Below are positions 12,196 to 25,771 of a DNA stretch of 64,000 nucleotides, in pieces. Numbering within the stretch: position 1 is the stretch's first letter; each line of letters begins with the position of its first letter. Source of the stretch: Hemiscyllium ocellatum (Eukaryota); assembly GCF_020745735.1 (NCBI RefSeq), contig NC_083426.1, forward strand, positions 12,958,001 through 13,022,000, read 5' to 3'. The position numbers and the translations under genes were made by a program. The notes under the pieces were generated by a model. The model saw only the letters and a list, made by a program, of their open reading frames with translations, was not told where the DNA came from and ran no database searches.

Positions 12196-14249
12196 GTAAG
12201 AAAGTCATGGTGTTTGGATTTTTGGGAGGTTTGGATATGTGTAGTTAGATTAGTCTGACTGATAAAGTATGATCAGCTGAAAATGTTGCAACATTGAGAG
12301 AGCTGCCAAGAAATGTATTCTACTTTCCAAAAGTGGTTTCTTTTTCAAAATCATCAATGATTGTCTTCAGAGAAAAAAGATTACCACATCTCCTATTTTA
12401 TGTACAAACAATACAATGAAATCTTAGTTTCACGAACTCAAATCTCTGCTTTATAACTTATTTACTATTAGTTGATTTAAACCAGGATGAGGTGAATTTT
12501 CTGACTGGACAGATTACTGCTTGTGCTGAATTAGTAATAATGCAACTTAAGAAGGGGTTTAAATTCTGTCGTTCAAAGCACTTTATATTGACTGACTTAT
12601 GCAATTGGTCATGAGGTTTTAGTTCATAGATCAGTCGACAGATACCAACCAAATTTGAATTAGAGCTTAATGCAAGGGGTTGTTTGAAATCATGATCAAT
12701 GTAGGGTGAATATTAAGTAAGATATTTTGTATTCATCACTTGAACATTCCAGTTCCTGTAACATACACCAGAACAAATCAAAGAAATAAAATATCTTGTT
12801 GTATTTTCGAATGTCTGTTAACGACATTGAGATTTTATTCTGGAACCTTTGAATAAACTTGCTTGGTGACAATGTTTAACATGGATATGAATCATTGCCT
12901 TTGGGAATCAATATGAATGTCTTAACTTATAAATTAATAAAACAGCTTTGTACTCATATTGACTAAAATTATTTAGCACTCGTGTGCTAAATAGATAAAA
13001 TCTTACAACTAATTGTTTGCATAAGTTACAAGTCTCTGACTTTTTATTTGTAGCTATTATTGATTTATTTAGCTCAGGTTTAAATTACAATGGATAACAG
13101 ACCACATTTGTTTATATATTTTACCACTAATAAACAGAGGACTCATTTAGTTCCACTTACATTGTTTTTCTGACTAGAGAATGATTCTATATTCCTCCGA
13201 TCCTAAAACCATCCCTAACCTAACCCTCCACACCACCACACCGAAACCAATCCTTCCAGGATGGTATTTGAAGACTTCTGCCAGACATAGAGTTGTTAGT
13301 TATGCAAAACAAAACTCCTATTAGATATATTGAGCTGATATCTTTCTCTGCCCACACTTATAAGCAAGTTGGGAAGCCCCCATCACCAGAAAATATAAAA
13401 TTAAGAAATGATGCACAGATATATTGTGCCTCCTTTCTCCATTATTCCTAGAAATTTCATTTCAATGTAAATGGGATCAATTCTACTGTACTTTAAAGAA
13501 CTAGGGCTCTGCAGAGCCAATGTATGTAAAGTTGGGACCATTTCAAGAGCCATTAACATTGAGAGTTATGTCAAAACACATAGAGACACTGTTCTGTCCT
13601 TTAGTTATGGAAGATTATAACAATATGAAAATTGATGCAAAAATATTGAATAAATTATTCTTTATACATTAAAGCTTTATATATTAAATTGTACTGATTG
13701 TCTCAATATGTTTGGCTAATAATGTGAACAAATGTCAAAGTTGGTTACAAAAGCAGTTTCACTTCTTGTTTCTTGAGCTCAATGTGACAAAATATGAGAA
13801 TGGCTAAGAAGAAACAAACTGTTCTGTGAATGCACCGCAATCTTATTTTGGTTCATTTAAACTGTGTCCAGACTCATGACAGGCAAAGCGTTCTAGGTGC
13901 AATCTGTGAGAAGACTGGAGCCAGCTCCATCTGTCCCAGCTCTGAATTTCTTGCTCCCCAGAACCAAGTCACTCATTCTAGAGCTGCCTCTGTTCCATCT
14001 CTGCCACTGAATTCTGCATCTGCTGTGTCAGTGCCATGACCTTCTTTGCGGTAAAATAATTCCAGTTCTACTTTTCTACATGCCTGAAGCTTTAGTGCTG
14101 CTCCATTACATCGCAGCAATATAAAGTGCCACATATCAGCTTGTCTGCAAAGATAAGGCCAACGAAATGAAAGTTTGGCAGCACCAGTGCTGAGCAGTTG
14201 AGTAACATGACATGCAGCAGTGCCAGTGGTGAACAGTCCCATCTCAGGC

Positions 14250-15130
14250 TGCAGGCTATGATATGCTAGGGTTCCCCATTGCTCGGCAATTAGACCACTG
14301 CTGTTCTTAATCCATATTAATGACCCAGGGCACAATTTTAAAATGTGCCGATGACACAACATACAGACACACTCAGAATTGTGAAGATGACAGTGATAGA
14401 CAACAAGAAGGCATTCACAATGGAATGGGCAGGCGGGTGTCATATGAAATTTAATACAGAAAAGTGTGAAGGGATTTGTTTTGGTATGAGGACTGCAGCG
14501 ACCATTGTTGACTATGGCAAGATAGGTTGTGGAACTGATTATTAGATGTTACAGAATCCTGGGCTTTACAAATAAATGAATAGTGTACTAAAGCAAGGGA
14601 GCTATGGTGAACCCGTTATAAAATATTAGTTCAGAATCAATTGGAGTGCCATGTCCAAATCTGGGAGTCTCACTTTAGGAAGGCTGCAAAGACATTTGAG
14701 GTGGTGCAGAAAAAATGAAAAAGAATAATTCCAAAGATGAATATCTATAGTAATGTGGACATGTTGGTATTGTTGTCTTTTAAGGAGTTTGAGAAGAGAT
14801 TAGGTAGAGATACAATCAAAAACATGAGGGATGTTAACAGCGTAGCTACAGAAAAACTGGACACTTTGGCACAGGAGCTGAGAACCATGAAGCATCAAAT
14901 TAATGCGAATGGCAAAAGAACCAAAGGTGACATGATGTAAAGCTGTTTTACAGCTTGTGATCAGAATCTGGATTGCACTGCCTGAGAACATAAAACAGGC
15001 ATGTCCAATCATAGCTTTGCCAAAGATCATTACCTGAAAAGAAATGAATTGCTGGACCATAAGGAAAGTGCAGTAGAGTTAAGCGCTGGGAAGCAATGAG
15101 CTAAATGGTCTCCTTTTGAGCAATGCATTC
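14250..15130 (+). mobile_element. Old, degenerate CR1 LINE RT/3' fragment (intron 1 of gene 1)
   Basis: Decayed ADDT / KFNTEKCE / QLECHVQ motifs. Confidence 0.6.
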
Positions 15131-15891
15131 TATGATTTAGTGAAGGTTCTGAAATCTCACATTGTAAATCTAAAGTGACAATGGATTGGAGATCAAGATT
15201 TGGAAGGTTAAGAGGATGAACTTTGGGGCCATTTGATTTGCTGCTCCTAGTACATTTTAGAATTATACTGAAGTAACAACAGGATCAATCTCACATTGAG
15301 GAACTATCATGCACTGAATGATACACCCAATTCACTTGGAATGTTTCTCTATCACAGTAACTCTTCCTTCAACCCTGGGGGCAAACTTTACTCTCTCACC
15401 ACTTTACCCATGCATTGTTCCATTCTCAAAATGTATGGGTTTACTGTAATACAGTCAAGCTTCACACCCCTGCTCCCAAATGTATGTTCCCTGTTGAGGT
15501 CTCATATGTCTGTATTGGACATGTTCACAACTCTAGACCCTTCAACTTCAATTAGTCTTAGAGCATGATATTGGATGCCATATCAAGTCTGTCCTCATAG
15601 ATTCTAAGTTGGCCCTTCATGGATTCTAACTTGGTAAGGGCATGGAGTGCCCTACCTGCTAACATAGTTAACTCAGCAGCATTAGGGAGATTTAAACAAT
15701 CTTTGGATAAGCATATACAGTGAGGTAGCAACAATGAGGAAGGACAATGAAGGAGACAGCCAGTATGAATGAAGGAGAGGAAAAATAATGTGGAACTCAA
15801 AAGAGAAGGGTATATCAATGTTAATGTACTTTTGTTTCTGCGAAGCGTAAAATATAATGTTTTAAAGTTTACTATGTTTTCACATTTACAG

Positions 15892-16227
15892 TTACGCACG
15901 CTTCAATTAGTGGACCAGGAGATAAAAGTGGACGCGTGGGAGAATCTGTCACAATCCAATGCAGTTTTGACACATATTTTAGAAATTATCAGAAGTACTG
16001 GTGCAAAGGCTACTACAAGAGAAGCTGTACTGTTTTGGTACAAACTAATAGCCCTGAAAAGAAAAGTCATGATGGCAGAATAAAAATTACAGTTGATAAT
16101 GCAAAAGGACAACTTACAGTACATATGGACCAGATAACGAAAAGTGATAAAGGATGGTACTGGTGTGGAATAGATAGACCTAACGTTCTGGATCCATTAA
16201 CTCCCATACAACTTAAAGTTCTTGAAG
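15892..16227 (+). CDS. Gene 1 exon 2, Ig V-set domain of CD300/pIgR/FcmuR type
   Basis: Acceptor tttcacatttacAG|, donor gaag|GTAAGG, 336 nt phase 1-1. Translation (V)THASISGPGDKSGRVGESVTIQC...QKYWCKGYYKRSC...DKGWYWCGIDRPNVLDPLTPIQLKVLE has the B-F cysteines plus the extra C-C' pair (KYWC-x7-C) typical of the family. Confidence 0.95.
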
Positions 16228-16527
16228 GTAAGGCACAAATATGTGTTTATTTGCTGCATATTCAATGACATATTTTTGTTCAGCGTAGGTTTATATAATT
16301 TGATGTATAAATTTGTTACATATTTTGCAAAATCTCTGCGATCCTGATTTATCAGTAAAGTGTTAAAATTATAGTTTGATTATGAGTCAAACAGGACAAC
16401 ATTACAAAACCATGTACTGCGTTTTGATCGTTCTAATCAAAATTTCATTCACTAAACATGTACCTTGGCACAGATAACGTGAAGCTATTAATGACCAAAT
16501 AATACTTTTATACATCATTTTGAACAG

Positions 16528-16564
16528 GTCGAAAGGATTATACTAAGGACAAGGAAAGACTAAG
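16528..16564 (+). CDS. Gene 1 exon 3, short stalk (G)RKDYTKDKERL(R)
   Basis: ttttgaacAG| acceptor, taag|GTAAAT donor; 37 nt, phase 1 to 2, exactly the bridge needed between the V exon and the TM exon. Confidence 0.85.
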
Positions 16565-16617
16565 GTAAATGACCAATTTATTTGAGCAGTGCATCTTGTA
16601 GATGGTACAAATAAAAA

Positions 16618-16790
16618 ACAGAAACTGCTGGAGAAACTCAGCAGATCTGGCAGCATCTGTGAAGAAAAAGCATAGTTAATGCTCAGACCTGAAACATTAG
16701 CTCTATTTTCTGTCCATAGATGCTGCCAGACTAGCTGAGTTTCTCCAGCAATTTCCGTTTTAGCTTGTTTCAGATCTCCAGCATCCATAG
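16618..16790. mobile_element. Palindromic PLE-derived repeat (family B)
   Basis: gctggagaaactcagcagatctggcagcatct ... agatgctgccagactagctgagtttctccagc inverted arms. Confidence 0.7.
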
Positions 16791-18482
16791 TTATTTAGCA
16801 TGTTGTAAGTGGTATACTCTACTGCCAATATGCGCTAGTGGTGGAGGGAGGGAATCATTGAGGTTATGGATGAGGTGCCAGTATGCAAGCTGTTTTCTCC
16901 TAGATGTGTCGAGACACTGCTGTATTACTTGTGTGATCTGCATCTATCTAGGCAAATGAATAATGTTCCATCATACTCCTGACTGGTGCCTTGTCCAGGT
17001 TAGGTTCTGGTCAATGGTAATGCCAAGGAATGATGATAAAATTGATAATACATAAATAGAAGATATCCCATTTTCAGCAGTTTAGTTAAATTCATGCACA
17101 GCTTCATTAAGGAAAAGACATTTTTTTTCCATCATACAATCTCTCTGTCCTATAGAATTCCATTGTGTTACTTAAAGCAATAATGCCTCAGTAATACATA
17201 AGGTAGATTTTAGTTGGTTTTGTGTGCAATGCTGGTTTCAGTATCAATATAATTACGTATGTGTGAGATTAACCATTTGTTCTAGACAGTCTTCTGTTAT
17301 GTATAGGGTGTAGCAAAGAAAGTGAAATTATGTCTCTTTTCTTGTCATAATTTTACAGTAAATTCTACTTCTAAGTTTAGATCTAAATTGAGACAGATGT
17401 GACGCTGTACAGAAGAAGGTCACCTGGCCTCTTGTTTTTATGTTGTTGACAACTGGTTTTTGTCCAACCATCTACACAGTTGCCTCTTTACGATTCTGCA
17501 TTTCTGATAAAGAACATTGTGTATATATTGGAAATGAAAATAATAAATTGGAATTCAATGTGCAGTGCCAACCCAAGTTTTCAATATGTGCTTCAAATAA
17601 ACAAAGCTCTTTGCTAGGAGCATGAATTCATTAGAACTATCCCCATCAGGAGAAAGGTAAAGTCACCATTGCCTACTACTCAGTCATTAGAAACAGACAG
17701 CTGGTGGTGGTTAAACCTGAGGATCACTTTCCCTCAGACAAGGGGAGATATTGAGAAGGAGAGTCCTTCATGGCAACCTCAGCCAATGACAGGAATTGAA
17801 CCCATGCCATTGACATCAGTACGTTGAAAGACTAGCTGTCCAGTCAGCTGAACTAAACCAAACAGCATTCCCTAGGACTAAACAGCAATGTGATTTAACC
17901 TATTACAATATCCTCAAATAACACCACTACATCAAACTAAGTTTGCATTTAAATAGCATCTCTAAAGTAACAAAGTGTCCCAGCATCCTTTGAGTCAACA
18001 TTATCAACCTAAATGTGACTTTGAGGAACATAAAAAAGATATTAGCAGAGCTGACCAGGAGGTTAGTCAGAGAGATTGGAGACACTGAGTAGCCAGATTA
18101 TAAAGAATGTAAATACCTTGGAAGGCCCTCAGAGAGATTGCAGAGATATAAAGGTATGATACTATAGAAAGAGTTGAAAACAAGGATGAGTATTTAAAAA
18201 GAAACCAGCAAAATAACTTACAGAATTACATATCTTAAAAGTACATTGTTAACCAATATCTACTACAATTTTAAAATTAGGAGCTTTAAGGAAATGTAGC
18301 CTTCCCACTATACTTTTAATTCAGCATTTTAGAAGTCAACCAAACTCTAGAACTGAAAATAAACCGTTTTCCAAAAAACATTTATAATATTCACCATAAC
18401 TCTCCTTAACAACACAACAACACAGTTTGAAATGGGAAGATAATTTTGTGGTTTAACAGATATGTGTTGATCTAGTTGATTT

Positions 18483-18789
18483 GGGATGGCACAGTGGCAC
18501 AGTGATTAGCACTGCTGCCTCACAGCGCCAGAGACCCAGGTTCAATTCCTGCCTCAGGTGACTGACTGTGTGGAGTTTGCACATTCTCCCTGTGTCTGCA
18601 TGAGCACCCTCCAAGTGCTCTGGTTTCCTCCTACAACCCAAAAATGTGCAGGTTAGGTGAATTGGCCTTGATAAATTGCCTGTAGTGTTAGGTGTAGGGG
18701 AATGGGTCTGGGTGGGTTGCACCTCGGTGGGTCAGTGTGGACTTGTTGGGCCGAAGGGCCTGTTTCCACACTATAAGTAATCTAATCTA
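18483..18789 (+). mobile_element. HE1-type SINE, full length
   Basis: A box, B box gggttcaattcc, tail gtaatctaatct, short atctagt duplication at the flanks. Confidence 0.9.
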
Positions 18790-20629
18790 GTATATTCCCC
18801 TGGTTGCTAATCGATCTAATACTCATGTAATCAATGCTTTCCTCTGCATGGTCTGGGAGTAACCACATGTGCCTGCCAACTGTGATTCACTGCTATTCTG
18901 TTTGTACAATGGTTAAGCGACAAAGTAATGTGGCTTAAAGCTCTTGTCTTACAAATACAGAAGAAAGTCCATACTGGGGCTTGCCTGATACTTACCAGAA
19001 TTAGTTAAGTACTGTTCAGTAAATGTACTGTTAGTTTAAATAGTCTGCAAATTATGTTATGTAGCCTGGAGTTGAGTTGAGGGACATGGGATTTGCTGGA
19101 CAAAAGAAAGAGCGAGATTCACTACTCTCTACTATTTTGACAATCGCACACTGTAATGGTAATGGAGTTACTGACCAGTTCTAGCATTCATTCTCCATCA
19201 GTTATCACTGGTGATGACGAGTAGCAAATCCCCAAGTATTGGGATATTGAACCATTCTCTTTGAGTTAATGTTAGAAAAGTTAATGTTGAGAGCTACTGA
19301 GTAATGCTGCATTTTCCAAACATTACTGAAATCAAACTATTTGTAAAATAGAGGGATTTATTTTTCATTGATGTGGTTCAGTTTTGTACACACTGAATGA
19401 TGAGACCAAAAATACACTTAAATTTTGGTAAATTAAAAAAATTTTTCAGAAAAGAGTTATGCTGTTTGTCTGATACTTCCTCTTTTCACTTACTAAGAGT
19501 AGACTGGCACGAATTTTAATTCATTAGTCATCAGGAAATAATGCAACATAATTAGAATTTTTAAAAATAGGAGTCAAGAGGAAGTAGCAGAAAAGCTGAT
19601 GGTCGGAATGTTCAACAAGACAAATAGTCGTTTAATGGTTTATACAAATTGGCATTCATAACAACAACATTTTATATTGATGTAGTACCTTCAATGTAGT
19701 AAAGTTGCCATAGTCCCAAAGGACCAGAGGTCTGTTCTCTCGTCAGAGATGACTAATGGTGGTTTAACCTGAGGGGCACCATGCCTCAGACAAGGGGAAA
19801 GATTGAGAATGAGGAGTTTTATGGTCCCTCATGTGATATGTAAAATATTTCCGGGCATTTAAGAGGAGTATTAACAGAGCCATAGTTTGAGATACAAGCA
19901 TTATTCATGTATATTATGTGGGTGCTGCTGTCTGGACCAGAATTTATTACCCATCCCTCGTTATCTTAAAGAAGATGGGGTGAGCTGCGTTCTTGAATCA
20001 CTGCAGTTCATATGCAGTATGAGGACCACAATGTCCATATGGAGGGGATTCCAGATTTTGACACAGCAATAATTAGGGAACAACAACACATTTCCAAGTA
20101 AAATGAGTGCCTCAAAGGGGAATTATGAAATATAGATTACGTGGCAACTTGAAGGTGAAGAGCAGTAGAGTTACAAAGAATTTTAATATTAAAGCCAAGC
20201 TCAATGTTATATTACCCAAGTTAGTTCTAGTGTTAATTACAATTAAGATATTTATTTCACCAGACACAGAGTAAAATAATTCCAAGAATTAGACAATGAC
20301 AAAATTGAAATAGAAAATGCTGGGAAACACTCAGCAGGTCAGGCAAAATCAATGGAAAGAGAAACAGAATTAATCTTTCAGGTGATTGAGCTTTCATCAG
20401 TTGATGAACAACGATCTGTTGTTAAACTGAAATAGTTGAATTAATACAGTGACATTAGATAATAGTCCACTCCATAACCCTAGCTTTAATATTAAACTTC
20501 TCTGAAAGACTTAGCAGGTATTGAAAAATGTTGCACTGTTCTACATTATTATCTGTTATGGTAAATGTGTGGATGATTACATTTGTCCTTAAACTCATAT
20601 CATTTCTCTCTGCTTTTACACAAACCAAG

Positions 20630-20730
20630 ACTTTTCCTAACGTTGGGAATAATCTTCGGAATTCTGATGGTAATGTTTCTTGGACTTGTGATCCTAATTG
20701 TCAAAAAAATAAGGAAATACAAAGCTGATG
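20630..20730 (+). CDS. Gene 1 exon 4, transmembrane LFLTLGIIFGILMVMFLGLVILIV-KKIRKYKAD
   Basis: Long AG-free pyrimidine tract ending ccaAG|, donor gatg|GTAAGT; 101 nt phase 2 to 1; 24 uncharged residues followed by a basic stop-transfer cluster. Confidence 0.9.
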
Positions 20731-23700
20731 GTAAGTGCTAAAATAAAATCAATTTCCATACAAAATAAACTTGTCTCTCAAACAAACTAAGCAAAAAAAC
20801 GTCCTGATGTGGAACAAATTTTAATAATTGTGTCTTGATTTACTATGGAGATCGTACCTACATCTGCACTTCAACAGAACGTGCATTTTTGTCAGGACAG
20901 AAATCTCCTTGTATTTACATTTCAACCTGGCACCAAGTTCAGTGAAGCACAGAGCCAAAAATGACGGTACTTCCTTTATCTCTTTGGAAGAATAGGAACT
21001 CTGTTGCAGCGCCCATTCACGACAATATAATGGTGACAGGATTGCCAGTAACATTGTGGCAATTTGTATGTAGTGCATAGCAACATGTTTTGTTTCTTGC
21101 TGATAATTCTAGAGTGTTTGGGAGTCATTTTAGCAACACAAGAGGTGATTTTATTTCTTAATTAAAAGGACCACTTGTTTGTATTTTCTTTATTTGTTGT
21201 GAGCTGAGAAGCAAAGTCATGTCCAGTTTGGTACTGGATGAAGAACTGAGACAATTATAATTTCTCAAACAAGTATGAAAAGCCAGATGTATGAATGAGC
21301 TATCAAATAACCCTTTTGTAAATAGAACTATCATTATTGAGTCAGCTGATAATAATCACATGCAGAATTGCAATTAAATTATCCAATTGTTATAGTCTTG
21401 AGTTAGATTCATTTAGAATAATTGAATAAGGCAGATATTCCTCAATCTCAAAGATGTATAAAAAACAAAAAGCGATTCTGTTTCTACAGCATTCTCAGAA
21501 CATCCTGAGAAACTTCATAACCACTGAATTGCATATAAAATGTTGTTACTGTAGTTAAGTAGGCCTAGGTAATATTAAAGCTAAGCTCAATGTTATATTA
21601 CCCAAGTTAGTTCTAGTGTTAATTACAATTAAAATATTACCCAAGTTAGTTCTAGTGGTTCAAGAACACAGCTCACCTAGGCAAGGACCTGCAAACTGCA
21701 AATTAAACAAATGACCAGGTAACGGTGATAATTATTAAAGAAGTCAGCTCACAAGTGTAAATCACACATATCGGTCATTTGTTGATGACATAAAGTGCTG
21801 GAGAAACTCAGCAGATCTGGACATATTTGTGGAGAAAGAACCAGTTAACAATTTGAGTCCAACAAGATTCTTCATGTCAACTCAAATCCTTCCAGGGAAG
21901 AGTCACACCAGATTCAAAATATTAACTCTGTTTCTTTCTATATGGATACTTTCCAGACCTGCTGAGTTTCTCTAGCACTTTCCAATGGTATTTCAGATGT
22001 CTAGCATTTGCAGTGGTCTCCTTCTATATTTAATGTATTGACAGCACTATGTTGCCATGGGGCAGCCTTTGAGTTTAATTATTTAATGCTCTGGGTGAAG
22101 ATTTGGACTGGTGCAATGCGCAATCTAAATGTTTGCAGTTGATTAAAGAGAATTTATGTTCTGTCAAATATTCTTCCAACCATCGGAAGGCTTTAATTAA
22201 AAAAAAGTATCTTAATCCATCAACTGTATTTGCCAAGGAAACAGCTGGGAGAAGGTTGAAACATGACAGACATAACATTGGAGAATAAGGAACTAAATGC
22301 AACTGCAAATAAGTGATGGTTCAGCTTACACTGACTTCAGGTTCTGGCTTTCAAAATGAAGGTGAGATTGTATGAGGTGGTCAGGAAATGGCTACAACTT
22401 GCTTTGATTAGCTTTGTAGTGTGTCTGCAAGGAGCTGGTAGAAGGTTATAAAATGAAGCCTACAATTTAACTTATGAGAAACTTGTGTATTGTAAGGTTT
22501 GTATTTATATCTGTCAGCTTTTTCTAGGAGTTGGTAGTCTACATGCAGACCTATCAGATGATACCATCAGTTTTTTTTATCCTGGTTTACTGTGTTTTGT
22601 ATGAGCTCTCTAATAGTTCAGATGGGTGGCCAACTCCCTTGTCTTATTCAGTAGGGGCAATATCCAAGTAGTGAGTGAGACCAAGTATCATTTGCAGATG
22701 TGGAAAGGAACATGTATTTTTCTATTAAGAAAGAGAAAAAAAACAAAGAGTTAGAAGCAGGCAGGCAGGCAGCATAATAATTGTTTAATCATTTAATCAT
22801 GTTTTATGCCCATAGTACTAACTGCACATTGAAATGGAATAGAATAGCCTTTATTGTCATAGCAGACAGGAGAGTATCAGGCTGTGGCTATCTGTACATG
22901 GACTATCCAATCATCCCTGCTTGTTCCTTATTACTAAAGAAGGCTCTTCAATTCCTTATGAACTATAACACTCCTTTATTGATAGCTGTATGTAGTAGGA
23001 TCTCAAATACAGCTCTCTAATGTAGCATGAAGACCTCTCTTTTCACACACTCATTCTACACTGGTGCCTTCAATCCTACAGATACTTGAACCATGTGCTC
23101 AGTTATTTCATGTTTTACACAATTCTCATTGTTTCTCCACTTGACAAGTATCTCTACTTGGTCTACTTTATTCCAGTAGTTTAAAATCTGGTTGAAGATT
23201 TGTAGCTCGGGTATCCGTTGTTCCCTAGCCAGGGAACGAAACGTTTGCAGCAAAAACTTCCAGCTCCAGTAGTTTATTCTTAATTGTTTACATTGTATTT
23301 GCAATCATCAACATTATTATTAATTTTCACTATAATCACATGTCTCCCCACCCTCTCAAAGTCCAAATCTCATAGGGCACAGCAATCTGGAACTCTCGGT
23401 TGCAAACCCAATCTTTTTTACTTGAGTTCAACACTAAGGTGATCATGCTGGACCACATCTGTAATAGTTTCATTACTCTGTACTCTCTCTGATGAAGTAT
23501 AAATGTGGCTGTCCCACAGCTTAAAATAACTATATTTGGTCTCACTTCTTCACTCAAGTAAGATTAATGTGTTCCTGTTCCTCCTCATAATACAGGATTG
23601 TGATTCTGAAGAAAGGTCTCTGGACTCAAAATACTAACTCTGCTTTCTCTCTACAGATGCTGCCAGACTTGCTGATTTTCTACAGCAATTTCTGTTTTTA

Positions 23701-24194
23701 TTTAATATTTCTCTGATGACAATGCCTTCTGACTTTCTTTTCTTTAACCAGACTTTTTGCCCCGGCTTTAAGACTGACCAGGTTTTCACCCTGTTGCTCT
23801 TTGCTGTCATTTTTCTCTAGTTGGTTAACCTCTTGTGTTCTTCAGGTGATTATATTTGGTCTGGGATTGTGTTCTAAAGTTAGTACAGTTTTAATGACTC
23901 CCCAATAACAATTCCAGTACTGAATAACAATTGTTCAGTAGGTAGATTATTGATCAGTAAGGGTATCAAGGGTTTGGGGAGAGGGCAGGAAAGTGGATGT
24001 TAGGATGTTGGATCAGCCATGATCCTATTGAATGGTGGAGCAGGCTTCATGGCCTATACTAACTTTCCAGCTCAGCGAGCCAACCTACATCCAGAACCTC
24101 AACCTGAGCTACAAATCTCAAAACTCACTAAGGCCTATTCTTTTTTCTTGTGGTTTTAATGGTGTTGTTCTCATATTGAGTAGAGTTAATTTTT

Positions 24195-24378
24195 AGCTGG
24201 AAATGTGTTGCTGGTCAAAGCACAGCCAGCCAGGCAGCATCTCAGGAATAGGGAATTCGACGTTTCGACCACTTATGCTCGAATTCCCTATTCCTGAGAT
24301 GCTGCCTGGCCTGCTGTGCTTTGACCAGCAACACATTTTCAGCTGTGATCTCCAGCATCTGCAGACCTCATTTTTTAC
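24195..24378. mobile_element. Palindromic PLE-derived insertion with 15-bp TSD
   Basis: 66-bp arms (24195-24260 / 24279-24344, ~3 mismatches); perfect TSD tagagttaattttta at 24181-24195 and 24379-24393. Confidence 0.85.
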
Positions 24379-24399
24379 TAGAGTTAATTTTTAATCATG

Positions 24400-25260
24400 A
24401 TTCTTGTATATGAGTGACTTCACAGCCTTAACTGATCTTTCGGTCTCTCCCTTTGATGAAGAATGGAGTGGAGAACTTGTCAGCTGGTTGATGTCTGTCT
24501 CCAAAGTAAACCACCAAATCGAGGTCCATTGTCTAACATGGATAATCCACAAAACCATGTAACATAAAGGAATCCTTTGAGGTTTCTTGTCTTCCTTGGA
24601 TTCACCATAATGCCTTGTTCTTGGATAATCTGGCTTAGAAATGTAAATAATGTTACAGGCAATTGGAATTTCTCATTTATGATGTTGCGTTTAATACACC
24701 TCTGACCATGTCCATTCTTTATGTCACCATACTCTAGGATGTCATTCAAATCCCTTCCACAATTATAGATTTTGCTCTTTGGAAAATCTTTGGCATAGAG
24801 TAGATCCTAAACAGCTGATGTTTGAAGCAATACTATCCAAAAGATATAACAAATAAAGCCAGCAATTTTGACTCTTGCTGTCATATAGTTTTGTGAAAAC
24901 TTTGCTTGCTCCCAATTTTGCACAGTTGAAATTGACAGAATAAATGGGATGAGGTTTCCTCCTAACTCCTTTGTTTAAATGAGCGTGAATGACAGACAAT
25001 CTTAATTCGCTATTTGTCTTGGAATGGTTACTAGTCCTGCACACCTTTGTGTCAGTTTTGTCACTGCCAATGTGACCCCACTTTCAATCATACTGTCAAA
25101 CTGACATTCCACTTTTCTGATCAGAGGATGTGGAATTTTGCTGAAAGAGTACAGAATAAAATGAATAGGTTTGGAAGTTCCTGCTGAAATTCCTTCCCAT
25201 TTCCATTCTGAAGTAATGTAACCACACCAAAACAACTAAGACAACAGCATGCGATTTTAC
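24400..25260 (-). mobile_element. Gypsy pol remnant (RT and integrase fragments)
   Basis: IPHPLIRKVECQFDSMIESGVTLAVTKL and HLNKGVRRKPHPIYSV...AKLGASKVFTKL (RT-like); DNGPRF and TSSPLHSSSKGETERSVKAVKSLI (integrase core-like); many stops and deletions. Confidence 0.75.
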
Positions 25261-25416
25261 TTAGTAATGGGGTACTCTGATTCCTCTGTATATACACACG
25301 TATATCAAGTTTATTGACATTTTATCCTCTATGATTAAGCTTCATGTCAACTTGCCCTTGCACCCAAAGATCTAGGATTCCGGGATCTTGGATGTTTTAT
25401 ACTTGGATTAATTTGC

Positions 25417-25542
25417 CTGATGAAGGGTTTTTGCCCGAAACATCGATTTTCCTGCTCCTCGGATGCTGCCTGACCTGTTGTGCTTTTCCAGCACCTCTCT
25501 GATCTAAACTCTGGTTTCCAGCATCTGCAGTCCTCACTTTTG
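25417..25542 (+). mobile_element. PLE-derived repeat with hammerhead motif (25417-25444)
   Basis: CUGAUGA-aGGGU uuuu GCCC-GAAA-CAUC-gauuuucc. Confidence 0.7.
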
Positions 25543-25771
25543 ACTACTTAATTTGCACAGGTGTCAACCATGGCAACTGTCCATGAGTATTGACATGGTT
25601 GCTCCTGTGTAAAGTTTGGTTTCCTTTTTAAACACATCCAACCTTTCACTAATGGACCAGAATACTTTTGATTCTCTCTTTAACTTTTCCTGGAATATTG
25701 TCTTCAACTTTTGTTCTTTAACTTTGATCTGCTAAACTTTTTCTTTGTTGCATGACTTCCATTCTTCTGGG

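Noticed and set aside
18483-18560. tRNA-like sequence with A and B boxes
   Set aside because: It is the head of a SINE, continuous with the SINE body and tail, and present in several copies.
20528-20728. 66-aa ORF in the track over the TM exon
   Set aside because: Wrong frame; the splice-defined frame gives the hydrophobic TM helix.
23846-23877. Possible alternative terminal exon GDYIWSGIVF* after the TM exon (phase 1)
   Set aside because: The acceptor is plausible but there is no nearby polyA signal or other support; cannot be distinguished from chance.
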